From the NCBI GenBank assembly GCA_012515515.1, contig JAAYYE010000009.1, positions 1 to 33,817 on the forward strand: a DNA stretch of 33,817 nucleotides, given 5' to 3'. The notes beneath the pieces are model-generated. The model was given only the letters and a program-made list of their open reading frames with translations, had not been told where the DNA came from and did not search any database. Positions 25,830-33,817 of this stretch are shown here, in pieces. Position 1 is the first letter of the stretch. Each line of letters starts with the position of its first letter. The DNA is from Minisyncoccota bacterium. GTDB taxonomy: Bacteria > Patescibacteriota > Microgenomatia > UBA1400 > PJMF01. Position numbers and translations under genes: made by a program.

Positions 25830-26937
25830 AAGCCCAAAAAGTTAAGCTTGTCATAGCTTGAGTCATATTATTATTGAATAAGCTGTGGACAAGCAGAGCA
25901 ATTAATAGACTGATTTGCCAATGATGTTTATGCTCCCACTCTTGTTTAAATTCTCTGATTAGTAAAAGTAAAATCAAAGAAGTACCAAAAATTCCAAAAC
26001 CGTTATATAGAAAAATTAGAAAATTATCAGCAAAGCGGGCGTGACTAATACTGCCCTCTTGATTAATTTGATATTGGGGAGAAAAAGGTCCTTGGCCAAA
26101 GAAAATAGCTGGACCCCGATTGCTGCTTAAATATTGTTGAGCACTAGTCATTCTTGCCGAAATTGAACTAACTCGTGTTAAATTTACCCCTTCTCCGCCA
26201 CTTTTTTTGGGTAAAAAGGGGATGAAAACAATGAATAAAAGTAAGGAGAAACTAATAAATAATTTAGTGATTTTTTGACTATTGATTATTAAATAGATGC
26301 CAGCCAGCAGCAAACTCAAATAACTTGCTCTTGAGTAAGTTAATGCTAGGCCGACTAAAAACAATAAGGCTAAGAAAATATTCTTTTTATCAAGATTTTT
26401 TTGCTTAAAATAATATAAACAATTAAACGCTAGAATCAATCCAGTGAAATTAGGATCAAGCAGTGTGGAAGCGAGTCGATAAAAATGATCATCATAACCT
26501 AAATGATAAAGACTAGTTAAATCTGGTAAAAGAAAATACTGCAACAAGCCCAGAATTAAAATCAAGAAGGAGGCAGACAAAAAGACATTGAGATTTTTTT
26601 TCTTAGTAAAGTTTTGCTTTAAGAGCAAAATAAATAAAAAATAGGCCACAGCTCGAGCCATATATAAAAAACTAGTCAATTGGAAGCGATTTTGATAAAT
26701 TGCGTAGCTAATTGCTAAAAAAACATTAACAATTAGTAAGAAAAGTATTTTTTTATTAATTTTATTAATTTTTTTTAACTTTTTAATAATATTTTTTAAA
26801 CTATTAAAATTAAATAATAGGTAGGCAATTAGTAAAAAATCGTGTAAATAAACAGCTATTGTTTCTGTCAGATGAATTTTACCCAACTCTCCCCCAGCAA
26901 GAAATAATAAAAGACTAATTAAGAAAATATTTTTCAT
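25819..26937 (-). CDS. O-antigen ligase / Wzy_C family membrane protein
   Basis: Polytopic; RLASTLLDPNFTG, LTYSRASYL, SISAR...IFFGQG, HSLFNN. Confidence 0.8.
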   Translation of the reverse strand: MKNIFLISLLLFLAGGELGKIHLTETIAVYLHDFLLIAYLLFNFNSLKNIIKKLKKINKINKKILFLLIVNVFLAISYAIYQNRFQLTSFLYMARAVAYFLFILLLKQNFTKKKNLNVFLSASFLILILGLLQYFLLPDLTSLYHLGYDDHFYRLASTLLDPNFTGLILAFNCLYYFKQKNLDKKNIFLALLFLVGLALTYSRASYLSLLLAGIYLIINSQKITKLFISFSLLLFIVFIPFLPKKSGGEGVNLTRVSSISARMTSAQQYLSSNRGPAIFFGQGPFSPQYQINQEGSISHARFADNFLIFLYNGFGIFGTSLILLLLIREFKQEWEHKHHWQISLLIALLVHSLFNNNMTQAMTSLTFWAFYL

Positions 26938-27703
26938 AAAGATAAATTCTAACCAGTAAAGAATGAATACTCATTAGCCAAGCATAACATAAGCCAGCAA
27001 AACCATCTAAAAAACCTAATTTTAGCCAATAATTAAGTAAAAATTTACCCATTGGATAAAATATAGCTTGTAAAATAATTTTTGTCTTTGTGTAAGGAAT
27101 GTTCTGAGCAAAACGATAATTTGCTTCAAGTTGGGCGTATTGATCAACACTCAGCAGAAAATTGGCTAAATTTTGATGAGAGAAATGCTTAATGATTAAA
27201 TTGCTCTTTTTAACTTGACCAGTAATTTGCGCGACTTCATGAACTTGACGATCATATTTAATAGCATTAACTCTAGCTAAACGCGGACTATAATAATTGC
27301 CCGTTTCGCCAAACTTCAGTTTTCGCTGGTGAAAATAGTCAATTCTTTTGAGCAGATAAGCATCCACCAGCTCATCATTAAGTAGCTCTGCCAACTGCTT
27401 CAAATTTTCTTGACTCAGAATTTCATCACTATCCAAAAACATTAACCAAGGAGTACTTACTTTTTTGATCATTTTGTTGCGAAGAGCGGCAAAATCAGTG
27501 ATGGGATTTTTTCTAAAAATTAGACGAAAGTTGAGCTGAGGGTTGAGTTTTTTTAATTTTTTTTCTAATGCTTGCCAATCATTGGCGCTTTCTTGATCTA
27601 AGACAATGATTTGCTCAGCAAAAGCAACACTCATCAAAGCTTGTTCAAAAAGTTGATCTTGCCGATCATTTAAAACAATGATGCTTAAATTTTTGATTCG
27701 CAT
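26915..27703 (-). CDS. Glycosyltransferase family 2 (WaaE/KdtX-like)
   Basis: DFAALRN, WLMFLDSDE (DxD), VHE, IKHFSH, C-terminal KLGFLDGFAGL. Confidence 0.9.
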   Translation of the reverse strand: MRIKNLSIIVLNDRQDQLFEQALMSVAFAEQIIVLDQESANDWQALEKKLKKLNPQLNFRLIFRKNPITDFAALRNKMIKKVSTPWLMFLDSDEILSQENLKQLAELLNDELVDAYLLKRIDYFHQRKLKFGETGNYYSPRLARVNAIKYDRQVHEVAQITGQVKKSNLIIKHFSHQNLANFLLSVDQYAQLEANYRFAQNIPYTKTKIILQAIFYPMGKFLLNYWLKLGFLDGFAGLCYAWLMSIHSLLVRIYLYEKYFLN

Positions 27704-28920
27704 GTACTCTTTTTCAGAGAAATTAGACTGATAGGAAAGCTAATAACCCTGGCTATTAGAATGCCCAAACAAGCACCAAATAAACCATAAGTTGGCGTCA
27801 GCAAAAAGATTGCCAGCAACATTAAGATTAAAGAAACAGTCAAATGCAAATTCATGGAGAAATATTTTTTTTGAGCAATAAGGAAGGCATAAACAATATT
27901 CACAACACTGTGTACTAGGCCCGCGAGGATTAAAACTGGCAAAACCTGACTGGCCTCTATCCATTGATCACCCAAAACCACCTTCACAAAAAATTCAGGC
28001 CAAATAATTAAAGGCAAACTAAACAACAAAGTGATCAGCAGGGTGCTAAAAACAGATTTTTTGAAAGCTTGTTTTAAACGAGCTTCTTCTTGCTCTCGAT
28101 GGAGGTTGGCAAAAACCGGCATTAAACCATGGTGAGCAGCCTTAGAAAGCTCATAATTGACTTTATGACTCAAAGAATAGGCATTATGATAAATGCCTAG
28201 TTGATGAGAATTAAGCAATTTACCAATCACAAAATCATCTGCGTTATCATTCAAATAAGAAAACAAGCTTGCCAAAGCCAAAGATTTAGCATTTTTAAAA
28301 ATATAGCGCCCGCGATTCACATGATAATGAAATCGCGGGCGCTCTTTATTCATTAGGAATGAAATAATAACTTCAAATACGGCTGCCAGAATGACACCGC
28401 CAACCAAGCCCCAGACTGTTTTTAAGATCAGCACTAAAATAATTTGTAATATAAGTTCAGCTGCTAAATGAAGAGCTTGATACAAGCCTTCCTTAGTGAA
28501 ATTAAAGTTTTTTTGCCACTGAGCCACAGCTGGATTGATAAAACCCTTAATAATTGGCACCAAGGCTGCTGCCCTGATCAGCGGTAACAATAATGCTTCT
28601 TGATAAAAATTGCTCAAAAATGAGGCTAATAGCCACATAATTAAGCCAATGATTAAGCCACGAAAAATAGCAATCACCCAAGCAGTGTCCAGAAAATAAT
28701 TAATATCTTTTTTAGATTGAACGATAGTGGTATTAATTCCAGTTTGCGTAAAACTTTCAGTTAAACCTAGGGCAATCATGACCAAAGAAAACAATCCAAA
28801 ATCACTGGGCTTGAGTAATCTAGCCAACACCACAATTTTTACAAAATTAATGACAAAAACAAAAACCTTTTGCAAACTCTGAACAGAGAAACCAATAATG
28901 GCGTGTCGCTGATAACCCAT
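27685..28920 (-). CDS. Polysaccharide flippase (Wzx/MOP family)
   Basis: VLARLLKPSDFGLF, NADDFVIGKLL...LGIYHNAY, VLGDQW; about 12 TM segments. Confidence 0.9.
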   Translation of the reverse strand: MGYQRHAIIGFSVQSLQKVFVFVINFVKIVVLARLLKPSDFGLFSLVMIALGLTESFTQTGINTTIVQSKKDINYFLDTAWVIAIFRGLIIGLIMWLLASFLSNFYQEALLLPLIRAAALVPIIKGFINPAVAQWQKNFNFTKEGLYQALHLAAELILQIILVLILKTVWGLVGGVILAAVFEVIISFLMNKERPRFHYHVNRGRYIFKNAKSLALASLFSYLNDNADDFVIGKLLNSHQLGIYHNAYSLSHKVNYELSKAAHHGLMPVFANLHREQEEARLKQAFKKSVFSTLLITLLFSLPLIIWPEFFVKVVLGDQWIEASQVLPVLILAGLVHSVVNIVYAFLIAQKKYFSMNLHLTVSLILMLLAIFLLTPTYGLFGACLGILIARVISFPISLISLKKSTCESKI

Positions 28921-28980
28921 AGCTTAATTATAAAGCAATCTTTTCCACTTGCCAGTTGCTAAGTGGCGGCGTTAAAATAG

Positions 28981-29577
28981 ATGTTTATGACAAAAGTTTT
29001 GGGAAAAATTGCTGGTGGTTTTTTAGACCTCGTAGAAACGGTGGCTATTTCCTTATCGATTTTTTTGGTAGTTTATCTAGTGATCATGCAGCCACATCAA
29101 GTAAATGGTCAATCAATGGTGCCCAATTTTCAACATGGCGAACATGTGATGACCGATAAAATATCTTATAAATTTCGGGAACCGAGACGCGGTGAAGTAG
29201 TGGTTTTTCATGCTCCGCCCGCAGCCGAGTGTGTTGAAGGCACCGGTTGTGATTTTATTAAACGAATTATTGCCCTACCAGGCGATCGGGTGGCAGTTCG
29301 AGATAATGCCATTTGGGTTAATGGTCAAAAATTAATTGAATCATACATCCCTGCTAATTTTGAAATCTCTCCAGGGAGAGCGACCCTCAATGAAGAAATT
29401 TATTTGGGTGCCGACGAATATTTTGTTTCTGGTGACAATCGTCCCCATTCTAGTGATTCCCGATCTTGGGGAGCAATTAAAAAAAGTGATATTGTTGGTC
29501 GAGTTTTCTTGCGCTATTGGCCTTTAAACGAGATTTCCTTAATTGAAAAAGTTGAATATCTGACGAATTTTAATTAA
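28981..29577 (+). CDS. lepB: Signal peptidase I
   Basis: GQSMVPNF (catalytic Ser), RGEVVVF, DFIKRIIALPGD (catalytic Lys), GDNRPHSSDSRSWG. The true start may be ATG 28987. Confidence 0.96.
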   Translation: MFMTKVLGKIAGGFLDLVETVAISLSIFLVVYLVIMQPHQVNGQSMVPNFQHGEHVMTDKISYKFREPRRGEVVVFHAPPAAECVEGTGCDFIKRIIALPGDRVAVRDNAIWVNGQKLIESYIPANFEISPGRATLNEEIYLGADEYFVSGDNRPHSSDSRSWGAIKKSDIVGRVFLRYWPLNEISLIEKVEYLTNFN

Positions 29578-29673
29578 ATTTTATTTCTTGCTCATCTTTC
29601 ATCTCATAATTGATTATAATAGTTTTATATTACCCTTGAGATTTTTCTTAAATAACAAGTACAATAGGCAGTA

Positions 29674-30660
29674 ATGACGAATAATCAAAGATTAGTAAAA
29701 GCTAAATTTCCTGATTTGGACTGGTCTTTTAATTATCCTTTAGCGGAATCAAGTTATTTTAAACTGGGGGGCTTAGCAGAAATTTATTATAAAGTTAAAG
29801 ATCAGCTACTGCTCAAAAAAATCCTAGTCTTTTGTGAGCAAGAACGGATCCCTTGGAAAATTGTCGGTGGTTTAAGTAATTTAGTCATAGCAGATGCGGG
29901 AGTGAGTGGCTTAGTTTTACAAATCGCTGTTAGAGATTTTCAAGTGCTTAGCGATCAAGAAGATGCAGTAGTTTTTAGAGCAGCAACGGGCATAAAAACC
30001 AGTCAGCTGGTTAGCAAGGCAGTTAATCTTGGCGGAACTGGTTTGGAGGGTTTTATTGGCGTTCCAGGTACTTTGGGAGGAGCTATTTACAATAATGCTC
30101 ATTATCTCAAGGCGTTGATTGGCGATTATGTAGAAAGTGTTGTTGCGTTTCACGTGAAACATAATAAAGAAATTATCTTTTCACGTGAAATGTGCAAGTT
30201 TGCTTATGAACACTCGGTGTTTCAAGAGGATCCACAGCTGGTCATTTTAGCTGCAACTTTTTCTTTACGCAAAGATCAGCCAGACGTTATTAAAGAAAAG
30301 TTACTCCAAGCTCAAGAACATCGACAACAGACGCAGCCCTTACATCTGCCCAGTTCTGGTTGTATTTTTCGCAATCCTCCCAACACCGATGAGTTGCGAC
30401 AACTTTTTCCACAGTTCGCTCAAAGGGAGTTTATTCCTGCAGGCTTCTTAATTGATCAAGCCGGGCTGAAAAATCAACAAGTGGGAGCCATTGTGGTGAG
30501 TGACAAACACGCTGCCTTTTTGGTCAATATGAGTGAAGAACTGCAATTACCCGCTAAAGCTCAGGATGTTAAAAAACTAATTGCGCAAATTCAGCTAGCA
30601 GTAAAAAAACAATTTAAAGTAGAATTAAAAGAAGAAATATTTTATCTTGGTCAAGATTAA
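29674..30660 (+). CDS. murB: UDP-N-acetylenolpyruvoylglucosamine reductase
   Basis: FKLGGLA, VGGLSNLV, GLEGFIGVPGTLGGAI.NNA, QP..PSSGCIFRNP, AGFLIDQAGLK, VSDKHAAFLVN, L.EEI. Confidence 0.93.
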   Translation: MTNNQRLVKAKFPDLDWSFNYPLAESSYFKLGGLAEIYYKVKDQLLLKKILVFCEQERIPWKIVGGLSNLVIADAGVSGLVLQIAVRDFQVLSDQEDAVVFRAATGIKTSQLVSKAVNLGGTGLEGFIGVPGTLGGAIYNNAHYLKALIGDYVESVVAFHVKHNKEIIFSREMCKFAYEHSVFQEDPQLVILAATFSLRKDQPDVIKEKLLQAQEHRQQTQPLHLPSSGCIFRNPPNTDELRQLFPQFAQREFIPAGFLIDQAGLKNQQVGAIVVSDKHAAFLVNMSEELQLPAKAQDVKKLIAQIQLAVKKQFKVELKEEIFYLGQD

Positions 30661-30702
30661 ATTAATCATGATTAAAAAATTAATAATACAAAGAAAGCAA
30701 AT

Positions 30703-32052
30703 ATGGGTGTAAATGCTAAAGCAGCTTTTTATATTCAAGGTGGGACGCCTTTGCATGGCAGCGTCAGAGTTGGCGGGGCAAAAAATGCTTCATATAAGCT
30801 GATGATTGCTTCTTTATTGGGTAGTCAGGAAAGTCGCTTATTAAATTTGCCTAATATTGCTGATGTGGAAATGGTCAAGCAAGTGATCAATGAATTGGGA
30901 GCCAGAGCTTATAACGCAGGCGAGCATAATCTGTTTATTGATCCACAAAATTTTCGTTTTAGTCGAGTGGATGGTCAATATGGTAAAAGTTCGCGAGCTT
31001 CATCCCTGTTTTTGCCGGTTTTGTTAGCCAAATTTGGCGAAGCGGCAGTGCCGCTACCCGGTGGTGATCAAATTGGCAAGCGACCATTAGAGCGCCACCT
31101 TCAAGGTCTAGAAAAGATGGGCGTGGTTTTTTCCCAAGAAGACGATATTTTATTAGCCAAAATTAAGAATAATGATCGTAAAAAAAGATTAAAGGCTTGT
31201 CATTACAAGTTTGAAAAAAATACTCATACTGGCACAGAAACGTTAATTATGGCTGCGGTTTTGGCAGAGGGAAAAACTATTCTTGAAAATGCCGCGCTCG
31301 AGCCAGAAATAGATGATCTGATTGTTTTTCTCAATGCTATGGGCGCTAAAATTCGCCGACGTTCTTTTCGCACAATTGAGATTGAGGGTGTAGAACGACT
31401 TGGTGGAGCTATTCATCGAGTGATGCCTGATCGTAATGAAGCGGTCAGTTATGCTTGTGCGGCCTTAATTACTCGAGGAGATATTGTCGTAGAAAATGCC
31501 GTGCATAAAGATTTAACGGCTTTTTTGGAAAAACTTGATGAGCTGGGAGCTGGTTACGAAATTGGCAATTATGGTATTCGCTTTTTTTATAAAGGTGCCT
31601 TGCAAGCGACTGATATCGAAACGGAAATCCATCCTGGTTTTATGACCGACTGGCAGCCTTTGTTCGCGACTCTACTCTGTTTAGCCCACGGTCAAAGTGT
31701 TATTCATGAAACCGTGATGCAGAGTCGTTTTCAATATGTTGACCACCTCAAACAAATGGGAGCAAAAATTGAATATTTTAATCCAGAAGTAAAATATCCT
31801 GAAAAAACTTATAATTTTAATTGGTCAGATAATCGTAGCAGCGATCAACACGCCATCAGAATTACTGGCCCTTGTGATTTTAAGGGAGGGACATTTGAAA
31901 TTCATGATTTGCGGGCTGGAGCAACGATTTTATTAGCAGCCATTGCGGCCAAAGGCGAAACAATCTTAACAAATATTGAACAGATTGAACGAGGCTACCA
32001 AGAAATTGATCAAAAATTGATATCAATGGGAGCCAGAATCGAAAGGAAATAA
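30703..32052 (+). CDS. murA: UDP-N-acetylglucosamine 1-carboxyvinyltransferase (Asp-type active-site loop)
   Basis: GAKNA, RASSL, LPGGDQIGKRP, TGTET, NAALEPEI, PDRNEA, HPGFMTD, DLRAG, IERGY. Confidence 0.96.
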   Translation: MGVNAKAAFYIQGGTPLHGSVRVGGAKNASYKLMIASLLGSQESRLLNLPNIADVEMVKQVINELGARAYNAGEHNLFIDPQNFRFSRVDGQYGKSSRASSLFLPVLLAKFGEAAVPLPGGDQIGKRPLERHLQGLEKMGVVFSQEDDILLAKIKNNDRKKRLKACHYKFEKNTHTGTETLIMAAVLAEGKTILENAALEPEIDDLIVFLNAMGAKIRRRSFRTIEIEGVERLGGAIHRVMPDRNEAVSYACAALITRGDIVVENAVHKDLTAFLEKLDELGAGYEIGNYGIRFFYKGALQATDIETEIHPGFMTDWQPLFATLLCLAHGQSVIHETVMQSRFQYVDHLKQMGAKIEYFNPEVKYPEKTYNFNWSDNRSSDQHAIRITGPCDFKGGTFEIHDLRAGATILLAAIAAKGETILTNIEQIERGYQEIDQKLISMGARIERK

Positions 32053-32053
32053 T

Positions 32054-33097
32054 ATGGGGTCACTTGTTTTATTTTTAGGAATTTTATTATTTTCCTTTAT
32101 TTTGACCAGCATGGTAGTAGTGCCATTTATTAATTTGCTTTATCGATTAAAATTTCGTCGTGCTCAACAAAAAACCACTGATGCTTTTGGCAAAAGGACG
32201 CCAATTTTTGATAAATTTCATCGAGGCAAAGCAGGAGTGCCAGTTGGTGGAGGCTTATTAATTATTGTTTTGGTGTCGATTTTGTTTGCTTTGATGATTC
32301 CTCTTTTGGAATATTTTGGTATTGAGATCACTTCTTTACATCAAAATAGCCAAGTTGAAGTTCAGGTTTTATTTTTTACTTTTTTATCTTTTGCTCTGCT
32401 TGGTTTGTATGATGATATTAAAAAATTTTTTGCCTTTGAAAAAAGTAAATTTTTTGGTTTAAGATTGCGCCAAAAATTATTACTGCAAATAATTTTAGCC
32501 CTCATCATCTCTTGCATGCTCTATTTTCGCTTGGGCATTTCAATTTTACATATTCCTTTCATTGGGACTTTTGAATTGTCTTGGGGCTATATTCCTTTTG
32601 CCACTTTTGTTATCGTTGCTTTTACCAACGCGGTTAATATTACAGATGGTTTAGATGGCTTGGCTTCTGGTTTATTGATGGTGGCTTTATTTGGTTTGTG
32701 GATTTTGTCTTCCAGTATTTTAGATGTGCCTTTGTCAGTATTTATTGCTTTATGGCTGGGTTCTTTAATTTCTTTTCTGTATTTCAACATCTATCCAGCT
32801 CGCTTATTTATGGGGGATGTTGGCTCACTGGCTTTTGGGGCGACACTGGCTGTGGTTGGTTTGCTATTGGGCAAAGTCTTTACCCTGATCATTATTGGTT
32901 TTATTTTTGTGCTAGAAATATTTAGTTCCTTAGTCCAACTGCTAGCGAAAAAATATTTTAAAAAGAAAATTTTGCCAGCAGCTCCTCTGCACTTAACTCT
33001 GCAAGAACGCGGTTGGGACGAGCCAAAAATTGTCCAACGAGCCTGGTTAATACAAATTATGCTAACTCTTTTTGGCTTGTGGTTGGCTTTTATTTAA
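32054..33097 (+). CDS. mraY: Phospho-N-acetylmuramoyl-pentapeptide transferase
   Basis: KAGVPVGGGL, GLYDDIKK, NAVNITDGLDGLA, PARLFMGDVGS, APLH...GWDEPKIV; lies between murA and ftsW. Confidence 0.92.
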   Translation: MGSLVLFLGILLFSFILTSMVVVPFINLLYRLKFRRAQQKTTDAFGKRTPIFDKFHRGKAGVPVGGGLLIIVLVSILFALMIPLLEYFGIEITSLHQNSQVEVQVLFFTFLSFALLGLYDDIKKFFAFEKSKFFGLRLRQKLLLQIILALIISCMLYFRLGISILHIPFIGTFELSWGYIPFATFVIVAFTNAVNITDGLDGLASGLLMVALFGLWILSSSILDVPLSVFIALWLGSLISFLYFNIYPARLFMGDVGSLAFGATLAVVGLLLGKVFTLIIIGFIFVLEIFSSLVQLLAKKYFKKKILPAAPLHLTLQERGWDEPKIVQRAWLIQIMLTLFGLWLAFI

Positions 33098-33101
33098 ATT
33101 A

Positions 33102-33817
33102 ATGTCAAAAGCAAATTGGCGCTTTACTGTTTTAGTGATGATACTAGCTTTTACTGGTTTGTTTTTTTTATTTGAAGCATCAACTGTTCAGAGCGTTAAA
33201 TTATTTGATCATCCTTATCATTTTGTGACTCAGCAGGCCAAGTGGCTGGGTTTAGCTTTTCTTTTGGCAATTTTTGCCTATTTTATTAATTTGAGAATTT
33301 TTCAGAAACTTTCATTAATCCTGTATTTTTTAGCTTTAATTTTATTAGCCTTGCCCCTAATACCAGGATTGGGCATCACTCTCAACGGAGCTAGTCGCTG
33401 GATAAATGTTTTCGGCTACACTTTTCAACCGGTAGAAATTTTTAAATTTTTTTTCATTAATTTTTATGCCAGTTTATTGGCTAAAAAAACTAACATTTTA
33501 AGTTTTTTGTTTTTTCTGATTTGGCCCAGTTTAATTTTACTATTACAGCCTGATTTTGGTTCGCTATTGGTCTTATTTTTTAGCGCGATGATCATGTTTT
33601 TTTTGTCGAATGTAGACATTAAACTGTTTATTTCAGTGCTAGCTGGATCACTAATTTTGGGTCTGGTAGCAATTTTACTAATTCCCTATCGACGAGAACG
33701 CTTATTAACCTTCATTAATCGAGATGTTAATGTGCAAAATGAGGCCTATCATAGTCACCAGGTGCTACTGGCCCTAGGGAGCGGCTCTTGGTTTGGTCGG
33801 GGTATTGGCAATTCTCA
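33102..33817 (+). CDS. ftsW: SEDS protein, FtsW-like (partial, runs off the window end; not in the ORF track)
   Basis: Open frame from ATG 33102: MSKANWRF...EAS...NGASRWI...FQPVEIFK...LLQPDFGS...PYRRERL...AYHSHQVLLALGSGSWFGRGIGNS. Confidence 0.9.
   Translation, partial: MSKANWRFTVLVMILAFTGLFFLFEASTVQSVKLFDHPYHFVTQQAKWLGLAFLLAIFAYFINLRIFQKLSLILYFLALILLALPLIPGLGITLNGASRWINVFGYTFQPVEIFKFFFINFYASLLAKKTNILSFLFFLIWPSLILLLQPDFGSLLVLFFSAMIMFFLSNVDIKLFISVLAGSLILGLVAILLIPYRRERLLTFINRDVNVQNEAYHSHQVLLALGSGSWFGRGIGNS

Noticed and set aside
1036-29587. Further possible stop-region echoes (gccttga/gccatga at 1038-1054; after 2233, 4902 and 29577)
   Set aside because: Too short or too AT-rich to distinguish from chance by eye.
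1213-32925. Short alternative-frame and antisense ORFs in the track (e.g. 1213-1467, 6199-6459, 13117-13302, 17240-17707, 21110-21545, 28956-29159, 32587-32925)
   Set aside because: They lie mostly or wholly within well-supported genes and have no recognisable motifs; they are expected shadow ORFs.
58-33817. Alternative genetic code (TGA recoded)
   Set aside because: All long genes are uninterrupted under the standard code and TGA serves as a stop at 1042-1044.

Overview
AT-rich, gene-dense bacterial chromosome segment read in the standard code (TGA is used as a stop at 1042-1044). It holds mostly housekeeping genes: epmA-efp-tRNA-Lys, greA, class I LysRS, serS, secA, mutM, a minus-strand run lemA-htpX-gatCAB-dnaE-split transketolase, five tRNAs, a flippase/GT2/O-antigen-ligase-family trio, lepB, and a reduced cell-wall cluster murB-murA-mraY-ftsW (ftsW cut by the window edge). 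Gene content and protein style suggest a Patescibacteria (CPR, Microgenomates-like) genome; this is inference. I saw no mobile element, CRISPR array or rRNA. The most unexplained signal is a recurring set of short tandem duplications on gene termini, mostly spanning stop codons. At three junctions, removing the extra copies restores a typical overlapping-stop or TAATG-coupled arrangement. Also notable: non-canonical catalytic motifs in MurA, MurB and MraY in a cluster with no Mur ligases; a PilM-like/TM/LytR_C fusion protein; epmA-efp without epmB; and many apparently leaderless or short-leader promoters. All assignments come from motif recognition by eye; no searches were run.
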